Of a DNA stretch of 64,000 nt, positions 10,297 to 18,918 are shown in pieces. The stretch is from a virus. The notes beneath the pieces are model-generated. The model was not told where the DNA came from. It searched no databases and saw nothing but the letters and a program-made list of their open reading frames with translations. Each line of letters starts with the position of its first letter. The first letter of the stretch is position 1. The position numbers and the translations under genes are program-made. The DNA lies in IMG/VR virus record IMGVR_UViG_3300046370_000202; one strand, written 5' to 3'.

Positions 10297-10919
10297 TGGC
10301 AGGCATAGAAGAATTAAAAAGTAAACTGATCTCCAAAGGTGGTCTGGCTATGAACAACCAGTTTCTGGTTAATCTTCCATCAATGGGCGGAGTAGATAGT
10401 CGTACAATGAATGTTCTCTGTAAAGAAGTGTCTTTGCCGGGAAGACAGATACTTACTCTTGACAGACCCATCGCAATGGTCCAAGAAAAAGTTGCTAATG
10501 GATTCTCAACAGAGGATGTGTCTATGACATTTTATGTTACGAATGACTATGCTCCCAAGAAGTATTTTGATAAATGGAAGTCTGAAATAATCGTAAAAAA
10601 AGACGACCATTTACATGTTGGATACAGAGACAATTATTCAAGAGATATTTTTATACGTCAACTAAAAAAACCTATCGCCAGATTTGGTTTTGATTTAGGA
10701 CCATTAGATTTTAATCTAGATGTTTTGGGAAAATCTATATACAGTGTAAAACTGATAAACGCATTTCCAACGTCAATGAGTTCTATTCAGTTGAATAGTG
10801 ATCAGGATCAAATTGTTGAATTTTCTGTACAGTTTTCCTACACTGATTGGGAAGTTATAAAGAACGAAAAGGATGGGTTGAGTCCAAGCATAGGGCTCAA
10901 TCTTGGTGGTTTAATTTAA
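10296..10919 (+). CDS. Tail tube-like protein (gp54/gp19 family)
   Basis: GGLAMNNQFLV...LCKEVSLPGR...YSVKLINAFPTSMSSIQL...FSVQFSY. Confidence 0.8.
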   Translation: MAGIEELKSKLISKGGLAMNNQFLVNLPSMGGVDSRTMNVLCKEVSLPGRQILTLDRPIAMVQEKVANGFSTEDVSMTFYVTNDYAPKKYFDKWKSEIIVKKDDHLHVGYRDNYSRDIFIRQLKKPIARFGFDLGPLDFNLDVLGKSIYSVKLINAFPTSMSSIQLNSDQDQIVEFSVQFSYTDWEVIKNEKDGLSPSIGLNLGGLI

Positions 10920-10934
10920 ATTATAGGATATATC

Positions 10935-11648
10935 ATGGCATTACCAAAACTTAACTCGTCGCCGTCGTATGGGATGACAGTTCCATCTAGCAAACAAAGT
11001 GTCACATACAGACCATTTCTAGTTAAAGAGCAAAAATCTTTATTGATTGCACTTGAATCTCAAAACCGCAGAGACATCGTTAGATCGATAATTCGCACTA
11101 TTGAGTCTTGTGTTGAAGAAAAATTAGATCATGGACTAACAACATTTGATGTTGACTATATGTTCACAAAAATTCGTTCTAAGTCGGTGGGAGAAACATC
11201 TAAAATAAACGTTTCTTGTAGCGAGTGTAACGAAGAAAATGAGATTTCTATATCATTAGACGATATAGAAGTCACAACCGGAAGTGAAAAGTCCGGCACT
11301 ATCATACCTATTACCGATGATGTGTCTGTCAAAATGAAATATCCAACGTATGATGAGTTTCTCTTAAATGAAAACTTATCTGAAAGTTCTACGGTAACCG
11401 AAGCTCTCATGCAACTAATCATTACTTGTATGGACTCCATTATGACCGAAGAAGAAAATATTTCTGTTAAAGACGAAACAAATGAAGATATAATGTCTTT
11501 TTTAGAGTCTATGACATCAAGTCAATTTGAAAAGATTTCTGACTTCGCCAACAACATACCCAGTCTCACAAAAAACATAGAGTTTAAGTGTCACTCATGT
11601 GGAACTGAAAACGATCACATATTAAGAGGACTCGACGATTTTTTTTAG
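10935..11648 (+). CDS. gp26: Baseplate hub assembly protein gp26
   Basis: MALPKL...YRPFLVKEQKSLLIA...IRSKSVGE; two CxxC pairs; ends GLDDFF. Confidence 0.9.
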   Translation: MALPKLNSSPSYGMTVPSSKQSVTYRPFLVKEQKSLLIALESQNRRDIVRSIIRTIESCVEEKLDHGLTTFDVDYMFTKIRSKSVGETSKINVSCSECNEENEISISLDDIEVTTGSEKSGTIIPITDDVSVKMKYPTYDEFLLNENLSESSTVTEALMQLIITCMDSIMTEEENISVKDETNEDIMSFLESMTSSQFEKISDFANNIPSLTKNIEFKCHSCGTENDHILRGLDDFF

Positions 11649-11830
11649 TAAACCTCTCCCATGAAACGTTGACAAACTATTATCAAGTCAACTTCCAACT
11701 AATGAACAATTTCAATTACTCATTGGACGACGTTGAACATATGATTCCTTGGGAGAGAGAAATCTACTTAACACTGTTAGTGGATGATGTAAAAGAAAAA
11801 AATGAGAGGGCAAAACGGAAAGGTTTATAA
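11645..11830 (+). CDS. gp51: gp51-like baseplate hub assembly catalyst, probably expressed by a -1 frameshift from gp26
   Basis: Not in the ORF track. The -1 frame reads LVNLSHETLTNYYQVNFQLMNNFNYSLDDVEHMIPWEREIYLTLL..., matching the gp51 MIPWERxIY motif; no ATG with SD at its 5' end. Confidence 0.8.
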   Translation, partial: LVNLSHETLTNYYQVNFQLMNNFNYSLDDVEHMIPWEREIYLTLLVDDVKEKNERAKRKGL

Positions 11831-13504
11831 ATGTCTTTAGCTGATCTATCAGAACAATTAAAAGAATTAAATAAAGATCAAAGGGATTCTCACAATGATG
11901 TATATGACTACATCAGGGCGGTAGTTCACGAAACACCTAGTCTGAAACAATACAGACTGGAGTTGATGGACACTGCTGAAAAAATAAGGAACATCACGCC
12001 CGAGCCCGGAGATTTGTCCGAAGAAAAGAGTGAAAAGAAAGCATTTGATAAAAAAATGCTGGACACTCTAATGGAAATTTCGGCCAACACCAAAGATAAA
12101 GATACAAAAGGATCCGGAAAAAAACAAGGCGTGTTCTCAAATGCATTAGCGGGCGGTCTGGGTTTTATGGCTAAAGGCCTAGGCGCTGGTGCCGCTCTTG
12201 CGGGACTAGGTATTGGACTGGGTGCATTCTTTTCAGGGATTGCTTTGGCAGATGCTGCAGGAAATTACTTAAAAATAGATGGACAATCTCTTAAAAAACA
12301 AATAATCACTTTGAGTGAAGCATTCTCAGAGGCGCCAAAGGACGGGTTACTTATACTTGGGGGTCTTATTGCAGGTTCTGGTGCATTAGGAGCTCTGTTC
12401 GGTGCAGGGTCATCCTTTAGAGCAGGCGGCGGTATGGCCGCGCTTGGTCTTGGACTAGCCGGATTTTTCGGAGCTCTCGCTGTTGGCGACAAAGCAATGT
12501 CTTGGATGAATGTTGATGGTTCTAAACTCAAATCAATGATGATCAACCTCTCCGAGGGTTTGAGTGCATTCAGTGGTGGTCAACTAGTAGGTCTGGCTGC
12601 GCTTTTAACCGGAGCTGGTATATTTGCACAATTTAAAGGTGGAATAAAGGGGTTAGGATATGCTGCAGTCGGCATGACTGCAATTGGACTGGGTATTGGT
12701 GGATTCTTCGGTGGTCTTGCTGTTGGCGACAAAGCAATGGACTGGATGAACGTTGACGGTTCCAACATACGAAATATGATGATTAACTTGGGCGAGGGTT
12801 TAACGGGACTGACAAAACCAGACTATACAAAACTTCTTGGGTTTGCTCCGGTGGCTGCTATAGTTGCAACCGGCATTGCTATGTTAACAGGAGCAAAAGC
12901 AATTGATGGGGTTGGTAATTTAATTGATGGTTTTGCAAGTTTTTTGACCGGAGACACTTCAACCGTTTATGAAAGAGTTAGCGAAGGTCTTAAGCAACTT
13001 GAACAAGTTGACCTTTCTAAACTAGAAAAGTTTGACCCAGCCGCAAATGCAGTTGCAAAAATGACGATGGCTTTATCAAATCTTTCGGACACAAGCCTTA
13101 ACTTCAGTCGGTCTAAAAAAGAATTAAGTGAACTTGGAGAATTGATGGCGTTAACACTTCCGATGTTCGATGCAATGTATGAAGGTGGAAAGGCGAATAC
13201 TCCAAAGGGGAAAGAATTAACATTTAAACCGGGCTTAAAAAACATACCTAATGATACGTTCAGTAAAATAGATTCTGTCTTATCGGTAAGTGAATCATCA
13301 CGACAGTCTACACCGACATCTTCTAGTAACGTGTCTTCTTTAGTAAAAGAAAGTAACGAGATGAAAAATACGCCTCCTGTTGTAGCTATCGACAACAGCA
13401 CATTAAACAATGTTTCTAACGGCGGTGGTGGCGGGGCATCCATCGTGACCGGAAACATATCTACGACAGATCCTCAAGATCCATACGTAGGAACACGCAA
13501 ATAA
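11831..13504 (+). CDS. Tape-measure-like protein (gp29 position)
   Basis: Follows gp26/gp51; Gly/Ala-rich hydrophobic repeats of about 80 aa (LAVGDKAMxWMNVDGS twice, 240 bp apart). Confidence 0.65.
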   Translation: MSLADLSEQLKELNKDQRDSHNDVYDYIRAVVHETPSLKQYRLELMDTAEKIRNITPEPGDLSEEKSEKKAFDKKMLDTLMEISANTKDKDTKGSGKKQGVFSNALAGGLGFMAKGLGAGAALAGLGIGLGAFFSGIALADAAGNYLKIDGQSLKKQIITLSEAFSEAPKDGLLILGGLIAGSGALGALFGAGSSFRAGGGMAALGLGLAGFFGALAVGDKAMSWMNVDGSKLKSMMINLSEGLSAFSGGQLVGLAALLTGAGIFAQFKGGIKGLGYAAVGMTAIGLGIGGFFGGLAVGDKAMDWMNVDGSNIRNMMINLGEGLTGLTKPDYTKLLGFAPVAAIVATGIAMLTGAKAIDGVGNLIDGFASFLTGDTSTVYERVSEGLKQLEQVDLSKLEKFDPAANAVAKMTMALSNLSDTSLNFSRSKKELSELGELMALTLPMFDAMYEGGKANTPKGKELTFKPGLKNIPNDTFSKIDSVLSVSESSRQSTPTSSSNVSSLVKESNEMKNTPPVVAIDNSTLNNVSNGGGGGASIVTGNISTTDPQDPYVGTRK

Positions 13505-13535
13505 GAAAAAGGGGACTTGATGTCCCCTTACTTTT
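13505..13535. terminator. Bidirectional intrinsic terminator
   Basis: aaaaaggggac-ttgat-gtccccttactttt between convergent genes. Confidence 0.8.
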
Positions 13536-13818
13536 AGTTGGTAGAGTTTCTATCGAGTGACTCAATCAAGATCATTTTTACGATCCTTGATTTAGTATAA
13601 GACTTCGGTACCATCAACCCCAATTCTTCGGCCATCACAACTAATTGTGCCCTAGTTAATGACATTAAATCAGCCTGATCAGGTTGAGTAGGAGTAGTAG
13701 GAGTGGTAGGAGAAGAGCCTCCACCCGTAGTCTTTTCCGGTTTGCGTGATACTGATCGGTAGATCAGACCAAGTGCGACTAGTCCCGCTAGGACCAGAAT
13801 AATCATATTGTTATCCAT
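13534..13818 (-). CDS. Small membrane-anchored protein with C-terminal HeH/Rho-N-like motif
   Basis: N-terminal TM segment, PT linker, LMSLTRAQLVVMAEELGL...TKSRIV. Confidence 0.55.
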   Translation of the reverse strand: MDNNMIILVLAGLVALGLIYRSVSRKPEKTTGGGSSPTTPTTPTQPDQADLMSLTRAQLVVMAEELGLMVPKSYTKSRIVKMILIESLDRNSTN

Positions 13819-13821
13819 TTT

Positions 13822-14769
13822 TTAATCCTCCGCTGCCATCTGTGCGAAGTACGACAGGGTGTCGTCTTCTTCGGTCGCAACCGCTGCAGGGGCAGGAGCA
13901 GGAGCAGCTACGATTGTTGGTTCAGAAGATTCTTTCCAAGGAGCAGATTCTGCAGTCTGGGCGAGAGCCTCATTCTTAACAGTTGCGCCAGAACCTGTTG
14001 CAAGTCCCAACACAGTCTCCAACTTGTTCTTCAACTCATCATAAGTCTTAAACCAGTTGGCATCGTGTGCGTTAGGGTAGTTAGGTACTACAAACTCATT
14101 TAGATCGTACAACGCATTGTACACGGCTTCAAGTTGCGTCTCATCTGAACCTAAGTGTGCAGAAGGGGACTTGAAGTCCGACTTATCATAGTTACGATAC
14201 CCAGCGACATTGCGGATCTTTAGTTCAAAGTCTGCGCCGCCCCAGAAGTCAAACGGATTGACTGGAGTCTCGCCTGGGAATTCTGGTTGCATCTGGTCCA
14301 TGATCTTATCAAAGATCTTCTTACCGAACTCATAGAGGAACGTCTTGCCGTTATTGGCAGGGTTCGCAGGATCGTTGATCACTTGGATATTAGTGACGTA
14401 GTGTAGACGACGCTTCTGGCGACGTGCGGTCTCTTTGTCCTCTTCGATACCTGAGTTCCACAGACGTGAGTTCAACTCACCGACTGGGTCGTTCTGACCA
14501 AGGGTAGTGAGTGATCGTTCGATGTACCATTGTCCGGTTGGACCCTTGAATGCGTGGTCCCAATAACGGACCCACGGTAGGTCTTGACCCTCAGTAGCAG
14601 GAAGAAAACGAATAACAGCGTAGCCGTTGCCCTGTTCATCAACAGTAGGCTTCCACTTGCGATCGTCTTGGTATTTGTTGGTGTTGGTTGTCTGACCTGA
14701 CGCTTCGGTTGCGGCAGTGACAAGTTTGGAGATGTCCATAGATCTGGACTTTAGATTTGCAAAAGACAT
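13822..14769 (-). CDS. gp32: Single-stranded DNA-binding protein gp32
   Basis: DDRKWKPTVDEQGNGYAVIRFLP...GPTGQWYIE...FGKKIFDKI...NPFDFWGGADFELKIR...YRNYDKSDF; acidic tail ending SYFAQMAAED. Confidence 0.97.
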   Translation of the reverse strand: MSFANLKSRSMDISKLVTAATEASGQTTNTNKYQDDRKWKPTVDEQGNGYAVIRFLPATEGQDLPWVRYWDHAFKGPTGQWYIERSLTTLGQNDPVGELNSRLWNSGIEEDKETARRQKRRLHYVTNIQVINDPANPANNGKTFLYEFGKKIFDKIMDQMQPEFPGETPVNPFDFWGGADFELKIRNVAGYRNYDKSDFKSPSAHLGSDETQLEAVYNALYDLNEFVVPNYPNAHDANWFKTYDELKNKLETVLGLATGSGATVKNEALAQTAESAPWKESSEPTIVAAPAPAPAAVATEEDDTLSYFAQMAAED

Positions 14770-14833
14770 AATATGTACCTTGTATAAACTTAAATATAAA
14801 CTAAAATATGAATTGCCTCTAGGGCACTTCTAT

Positions 14834-15070
14834 TTATACGTCTAGTGTGTTCTGCTGAGGGAGAAAATGTAACTGTCTCGCTTCAGCCTCGAGATGTTCA
14901 ACTATAGTCGGAGACAAGTATTTCTTAATGTCTTCTAACTCTAGTCCATTCTCTTCACATAGATGTACAATAGCGTCCATATAGGACTGTTTGTTTCGAA
15001 ACACGAAACTCTCAACCATAGTTGAGAAAGATTTTTTGGTTAGGAACTTCTCTTCAGTTTGTTCATCCAT
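14834..15070 (-). CDS. gp33: Late transcription coactivator gp33
   Basis: FSTMVE...SYMDAIVHLCEENGLELEDIKKYLSPTIVEHLEAEARQLHFLP; start refined to MDEQ. Confidence 0.88.
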   Translation of the reverse strand: MDEQTEEKFLTKKSFSTMVESFVFRNKQSYMDAIVHLCEENGLELEDIKKYLSPTIVEHLEAEARQLHFLPQQNTLDV

Positions 15071-15314
15071 CGAGTACCTCAACTTGCGTGACGTTTTCCA
15101 CACGGAAAGACCGCCAAGCTTGCTTATCGATAGCGAACGCACGTACAACTGAGTTGTTCACAGCCAATGCAGCCGCAGTCTCACCCTGTTCACGTTTCGG
15201 TAACAACTCAGGTAAAAGGGTACAGGGCATAACACGCTCTTCTCCATCTACCTTTGTGAACGTGACCTGTAAGATGTTAGACTTTAACTGTTCAACAATG
15301 TTTTCATATGACAT
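15063..15314 (-). CDS. Small SH3/WYL-like beta-barrel protein
   Basis: VTFTKVDGEERVMPCTL...AFAIDKQAWRSFRVEN; start refined to MSYEN after an AAGGAGG SD. Confidence 0.7.
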   Translation of the reverse strand: MSYENIVEQLKSNILQVTFTKVDGEERVMPCTLLPELLPKREQGETAAALAVNNSVVRAFAIDKQAWRSFRVENVTQVEVLDG

Positions 15315-15324
15315 TGACGCCTCC

Positions 15325-15621
15325 TTAGAATCGTTCGTATTCATCGTCCTCGGCGCCTTCTTCACCAGTATCTGCATGAACGGCTTCGAGAAACTCTTCA
15401 CTCTGATCAAGAACTGCAATCGTGTGCTCAAACGCTTCGAGCGTAGAGATTACATTCATACGTTTCTCATCGTCTTCAGGAAGTTCTGCGAACTCCTTAA
15501 CGAAGGTATCCAGAGTGTCTAGATATGCAATGCGCATGTACTCACGTGCGATGAGTTCTACATCATTGCGAGGGTATTGACCTAAGTCAATAAGGTTTTC
15601 AGGTAGGGACATTAATTCCAC
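15325..15621 (-). CDS. Hypothetical acidic protein
   Basis: ORF track; coupled to its neighbours. Confidence 0.6.
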   Translation of the reverse strand: MELMSLPENLIDLGQYPRNDVELIAREYMRIAYLDTLDTFVKEFAELPEDDEKRMNVISTLEAFEHTIAVLDQSEEFLEAVHADTGEEGAEDDEYERF

Positions 15622-15836
15622 TCCTCGTTTTGGTTAGCTTCATATACGTCTGAGAAATGAGTATTCACAAATTTAACCTCATCTCCCCAACGCACATCCG
15701 ACTTATAGTCTTGACGATCAAGACGTTCTACTTCATCAGCGAGACGTTTATTTGCCGCACTGATTTTGCCACGCTTCTGAATCTTAAGTGCAGCTGCACG
15801 AATCATTGCGTAACGTTCTTCTTTCGAAATTGACAT
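15612..15836 (-). CDS. Hypothetical protein
   Basis: ORF track; GGAG SD. Confidence 0.6.
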   Translation of the reverse strand: MSISKEERYAMIRAAALKIQKRGKISAANKRLADEVERLDRQDYKSDVRWGDEVKFVNTHFSDVYEANQNEEWN

Positions 15837-15838
15837 AT

Positions 15839-15867
15839 ATTATACTCCAAAAAACTCTTCTTGTCAA
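15839..15867 (-). promoter_or_regulatory. Sigma70-type early promoter
   Basis: TTGACA-17-TATAAT, perfect consensus. Confidence 0.75.
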
Positions 15868-16013
15868 GAGTGATCATTATTAGGATAGAGGCTATCTTCA
15901 GGATAGCCCCGTTTCTTGACCTCTTTCTTACGGTCAACGTGGGTGGATGGCCGATTGAACTTCGGTGAGTGTTTCGCCACCGGATTCGACCGATTGATAG
16001 ATTTCTTCTTCAT
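15864..16013 (-). CDS. Small basic phage protein (NPVAKH...NR...HVDRKK)
   Basis: Motif recurrent in T4-like phages; start refined to MKKKS. Confidence 0.55.
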   Translation of the reverse strand: MKKKSINRSNPVAKHSPKFNRPSTHVDRKKEVKKRGYPEDSLYPNNDHS

Positions 16014-16407
16014 ACCTATACGCCTCTTCTTCCCAAGGATGATCTTCATAGGCAAGGTTTGTGTACTCAACTCCATCAAAGATATGTTTGTATGACAAAC
16101 CATCCTCATCAAGAGTTAGACCCACATGAATGAGTCGTCCCGTTAAAATCTGCACAGCATGAACAAACTCGTGTGCGATATTAATCTTGAGCGATTCATC
16201 ATCTTGGTCATGAGTTGAAAACCGAATATCTACTCGATCTTCATCACCATCTGTTTCACCAGAAAAATTGCCGATCATCTCTTCTTCAAACAAAACTTTA
16301 ACATACCCGCCTAGACGGGTAATTCCAATTGACTCTGCGCAACGAAACACATAGTCGGAGATGCCCTCATTGGGCGAGTTTTCTATAATAACATTTTCGG
16401 CAATCAT
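15934..16407 (-). CDS. Putative Zn metalloprotease-like protein (HExxH)
   Basis: IAHEFVHAVQ...Y...PWEEEAY. Confidence 0.7.
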   Translation of the reverse strand: MIAENVIIENSPNEGISDYVFRCAESIGITRLGGYVKVLFEEEMIGNFSGETDGDEDRVDIRFSTHDQDDESLKINIAHEFVHAVQILTGRLIHVGLTLDEDGLSYKHIFDGVEYTNLAYEDHPWEEEAYRYEEEIYQSVESGGETLTEVQSAIHPR

Positions 16408-16416
16408 ACCTAGTCC

Positions 16417-16626
16417 TTAATGAATTGTTATTTCGGGCATGACTTCATCGAACGCTTCGAGTAGATCAATCTCATCTTGGATTGCCTCACGAATCTCGAC
16501 TTCACTCATACCAATAGCTTCCATACTAGAAACTGCCATCTCAGGTGAGAGCATATCATCAATCACCGAATCAAAAAGATCTCGAAGATACTCTCCCACT
16601 TCACCACGTGCATACCATGCTGTCAT
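16417..16626 (-). CDS. Hypothetical protein
   Basis: ORF track; ATGA overlap with the upstream ORF. Confidence 0.55.
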   Translation of the reverse strand: MTAWYARGEVGEYLRDLFDSVIDDMLSPEMAVSSMEAIGMSEVEIREAIQDEIDLLEAFDEVMPEITIH

Positions 16627-16856
16627 TGCTTTGACTCCACTAACCTATTGTCTCTAAACTCGAACCCCTCGGGGGCACTTAACTTACCTAACAACCACCA
16701 ATCTTCAGCCTTCATAGTAGGCACAAACTGGCCGTGTTCATCTTGAAACTTCTTACCCATCTTGTTGTACTCGTTCAAGTAATCAACCGCGTCTAGGACG
16801 ACTTCAAACTCTTGCACATCAAGGTTGTTGTTTAACTTAGGCTTTGCTGTATACAT
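16623..16856 (-). CDS. Hypothetical protein
   Basis: Start refined to MYTAKPK after a GGAGAG SD. Confidence 0.55.
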   Translation of the reverse strand: MYTAKPKLNNNLDVQEFEVVLDAVDYLNEYNKMGKKFQDEHGQFVPTMKAEDWWLLGKLSAPEGFEFRDNRLVESKQ

Positions 16857-17017
16857 TACTTCTCTCCTTTCATTTCGTGACGGTACTCTCTCTTCAACCA
16901 CCACTTATACATTCTAAAATATTCTGCTGAATCGTAGAGGGGACTGCGACCCGTGAACTGTGCCACTTCGTCGCAATGCTCATACCACTTTTGGTTACAC
17001 CAGTGACGAAAGTTCAT
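16856..17017 (-). CDS. 53-aa hypothetical protein (MNFRHWCNQKWYEHCDE...YKWWLKREYR)
   Basis: Below the ORF-track cutoff; TAATG coupling at both ends. Confidence 0.65.
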   Translation of the reverse strand: MNFRHWCNQKWYEHCDEVAQFTGRSPLYDSAEYFRMYKWWLKREYRHEMKGEK

Positions 17018-17565
17018 TACGCGTACCAACTTCGGTAGAAAGACTTACCTTCTTCGGCGAGACCAGCGTGACGCACATCGTCAATGTTGATGTACTTACC
17101 AGTGATTCGCTTCTTGAACTCACCACCGATGAACTCGTTCTTGACTGGAATGACACGGTCACTCATGAAACTCTCACTACCTTCAACAGAAGCGACAGCG
17201 ATCTCACGCAGAGTGACAGTCGCACCTTTCTTGGCGACAACTTGGTAAGCGTCGATGTTGGTCTGTTCCCAACCCCAAGACGCGACATAGATGTCACCCT
17301 CTTTGACAGACTCAAGAGCGGCAGCCTTGGCGGCAGCACGAGCGATCTTGCGTTCCTGCTTCCACTGATCAGCGCGTTCAAGGTCAACAAGGAACTGCTC
17401 AACGTGTTCAATCATACGAGCGACAGTGCCGTAACGGTAAGCGAACTCGGTCTTGTAACCCAGACGGGCACGTTTAGTAGGACGCTTACAAACCGCAGTG
17501 ATCTTCGCCTCATCAATCTCCAACTCAAGACCACGCGCTTCGTACTTCTCAATCAACTTCAACAT
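17017..17565 (-). CDS. Hypothetical early protein
   Basis: Directly downstream of a consensus promoter and a purine-rich RBS; GDIYVASWGWEQTNIDAYQVV motif. Confidence 0.7.
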   Translation of the reverse strand: MLKLIEKYEARGLELEIDEAKITAVCKRPTKRARLGYKTEFAYRYGTVARMIEHVEQFLVDLERADQWKQERKIARAAAKAAALESVKEGDIYVASWGWEQTNIDAYQVVAKKGATVTLREIAVASVEGSESFMSDRVIPVKNEFIGGEFKKRITGKYINIDDVRHAGLAEEGKSFYRSWYA

Positions 17566-17596
17566 AATTAACTCTCTCTCATCAATTTATGTAACC

Positions 17597-17660
17597 ATTA
17601 TACCAAATCTGGCGGGATTGTCAACACTTTTTTAAAACTTTTTTATGTTAATTTTTCACA
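17597..17660 (-). promoter_or_regulatory. Early promoter cassette (family A)
   Basis: TTGACA-16-TATAAT with extended -10 TG, A-tract UP element and upstream TGTGAAAAATTAACA. Confidence 0.85.
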
Positions 17661-17879
17661 ATAAATGGGTTGTATTTTTCGTTCAACAATTCGCATTGCA
17701 CAGGGATCGTTTGCGAAAACACTCCAAGTGCCGTCGTACTGACTGGCGATAGTGATCTCAAATTCTTCTCCGTAGATGTCGTACGCTTCAAACTTAAATT
17801 CGTAGAAGATGTTAGGCTCTCCCAACACTTCGGTCAACCTTTCATAGGACACGTCAATGTATCCTTGTAAACAACTCAT
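17643..17879 (-). CDS. Hypothetical protein
   Basis: ORF track; LQGYIDVSYERLTEVLGEP; GAGG SD. Confidence 0.6.
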   Translation of the reverse strand: MSCLQGYIDVSYERLTEVLGEPNIFYEFKFEAYDIYGEEFEITIASQYDGTWSVFANDPCAMRIVERKIQPIYCEKLT

Positions 17880-17899
17880 GATAACCTCTTAGCAAAGGA

Positions 17900-18011
17900 G
17901 TGAGAAGGGAAGAAGCAGTGAACCGTAGTTCCTATTCTGACACCAGATGTCTCGGAGAGACAAACAGTGGGCCGAAGCCCCTAGTCGAGAGACCAGATCT
18001 CCCCAACTCAC
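17900..18011 (-). ncRNA. Candidate structured ncRNA or 5' leader
   Basis: Starts at the predicted TSS of the 18019-18046 promoter; closing stem plus five internal hairpins, two with UNCG tetraloops. Confidence 0.6.
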
Positions 18012-18018
18012 AATACAC

Positions 18019-18046
18019 ATTATACTCTTTTTTCAAATAAAGTCAA
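18019..18046 (-). promoter_or_regulatory. Sigma70-type early promoter
   Basis: TTGACT-16-TATAAT. Confidence 0.75.
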
Positions 18047-18059
18047 GACCTTTTTTAGA

Positions 18060-18647
18060 TTATTTTGGAATAAAGGGTGCGTTTTTTACTGCTTTTAACC
18101 ACGACTCAGGATCTTTCGGTTTCGACGGGGTCACTCGCAGACCCTGTTCCTTGAAGTTCGCCTTCAGGATCGTGGCGGTCTCACGACCAAGGAACCTCGA
18201 CACCAGTTTCAGTAGGGTCTGTCGAAAGGTCACATGGTGGTGGCTGTGTCCTGCACTATGCGCGAGTTCGTGTAGGACGATGTACTTGTTGAAGTCGAAC
18301 GCGGGCGAGATCTCGATCCACGACCCATGCGACCTACCCATGTATGCCGCTCGACTTCCCATATTGCGTGACTGGACGACTCTCACCTTACCGTGGTAAC
18401 GGGACACCTTCTCCCAAGTCTTGGAAGCGGTCACTTGTTTTACAAACTTCTCCACGTCTTTGAACTCATTGAGTGGACCGATCAACTCAGGGTGTTCGTT
18501 TTCGAGTTTCCACTCTGCGTTATAGGTCTTGGTCTTCTCACTGTCGCGTTTTGGCAGGACAGTCTTGCGACGGTAGTAGTCAGAATACTTTTGGGCCTGA
18601 GAGGTAGTCAGTCCCGCGTTCAATGCTCTGCGATATGCAGTTCGCAT
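18060..18647 (-). CDS. SprT-like/HExxH metallohydrolase
   Basis: YIVLHELAHSAGHSHHHVTFRQTLLKLV; start refined to MRTAY. Confidence 0.7.
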   Translation of the reverse strand: MRTAYRRALNAGLTTSQAQKYSDYYRRKTVLPKRDSEKTKTYNAEWKLENEHPELIGPLNEFKDVEKFVKQVTASKTWEKVSRYHGKVRVVQSRNMGSRAAYMGRSHGSWIEISPAFDFNKYIVLHELAHSAGHSHHHVTFRQTLLKLVSRFLGRETATILKANFKEQGLRVTPSKPKDPESWLKAVKNAPFIPK

Positions 18648-18910
18648 TACTTCTTTTTCCTTACCCGCTTCTTGGCAGGAGCCTTCTTCTTGGGTGCTGT
18701 CCATTTCTTTGCGAGGAACTCCTCAACTGATAACCCACACTCACGAAGGGTCTTGTGGAATCTTTTCACATCGGTCATTTCCCATGTATTATCAATAAAC
18801 GATCCGAAGTGGTTTAAAACTTTTTCTCCAAGTTGTGCGTTCTCTTCAGTCTCTTTGTCGAAGATATAACGCACCTTCTTGGTGAAATTTAACTTAATGA
18901 TCTTAGACAT
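18647..18910 (-). CDS. Hypothetical protein with basic tail
   Basis: ORF track; AGGAG SD. Confidence 0.6.
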   Translation of the reverse strand: MSKIIKLNFTKKVRYIFDKETEENAQLGEKVLNHFGSFIDNTWEMTDVKRFHKTLRECGLSVEEFLAKKWTAPKKKAPAKKRVRKKK

Positions 18911-18918
18911 AGAACTCC

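Noticed and set aside
16960-17571. 203-aa plus-strand ORF
   Set aside because: Exactly antisense to 17017-17565, which has a consensus promoter and RBS; codon-bias shadow.
17646-17660. CRP binding site
   Set aside because: Half-sites resemble TGTGA/TCACA but spacing is 4, 5 or 7 bp in the copies, never the required 6.
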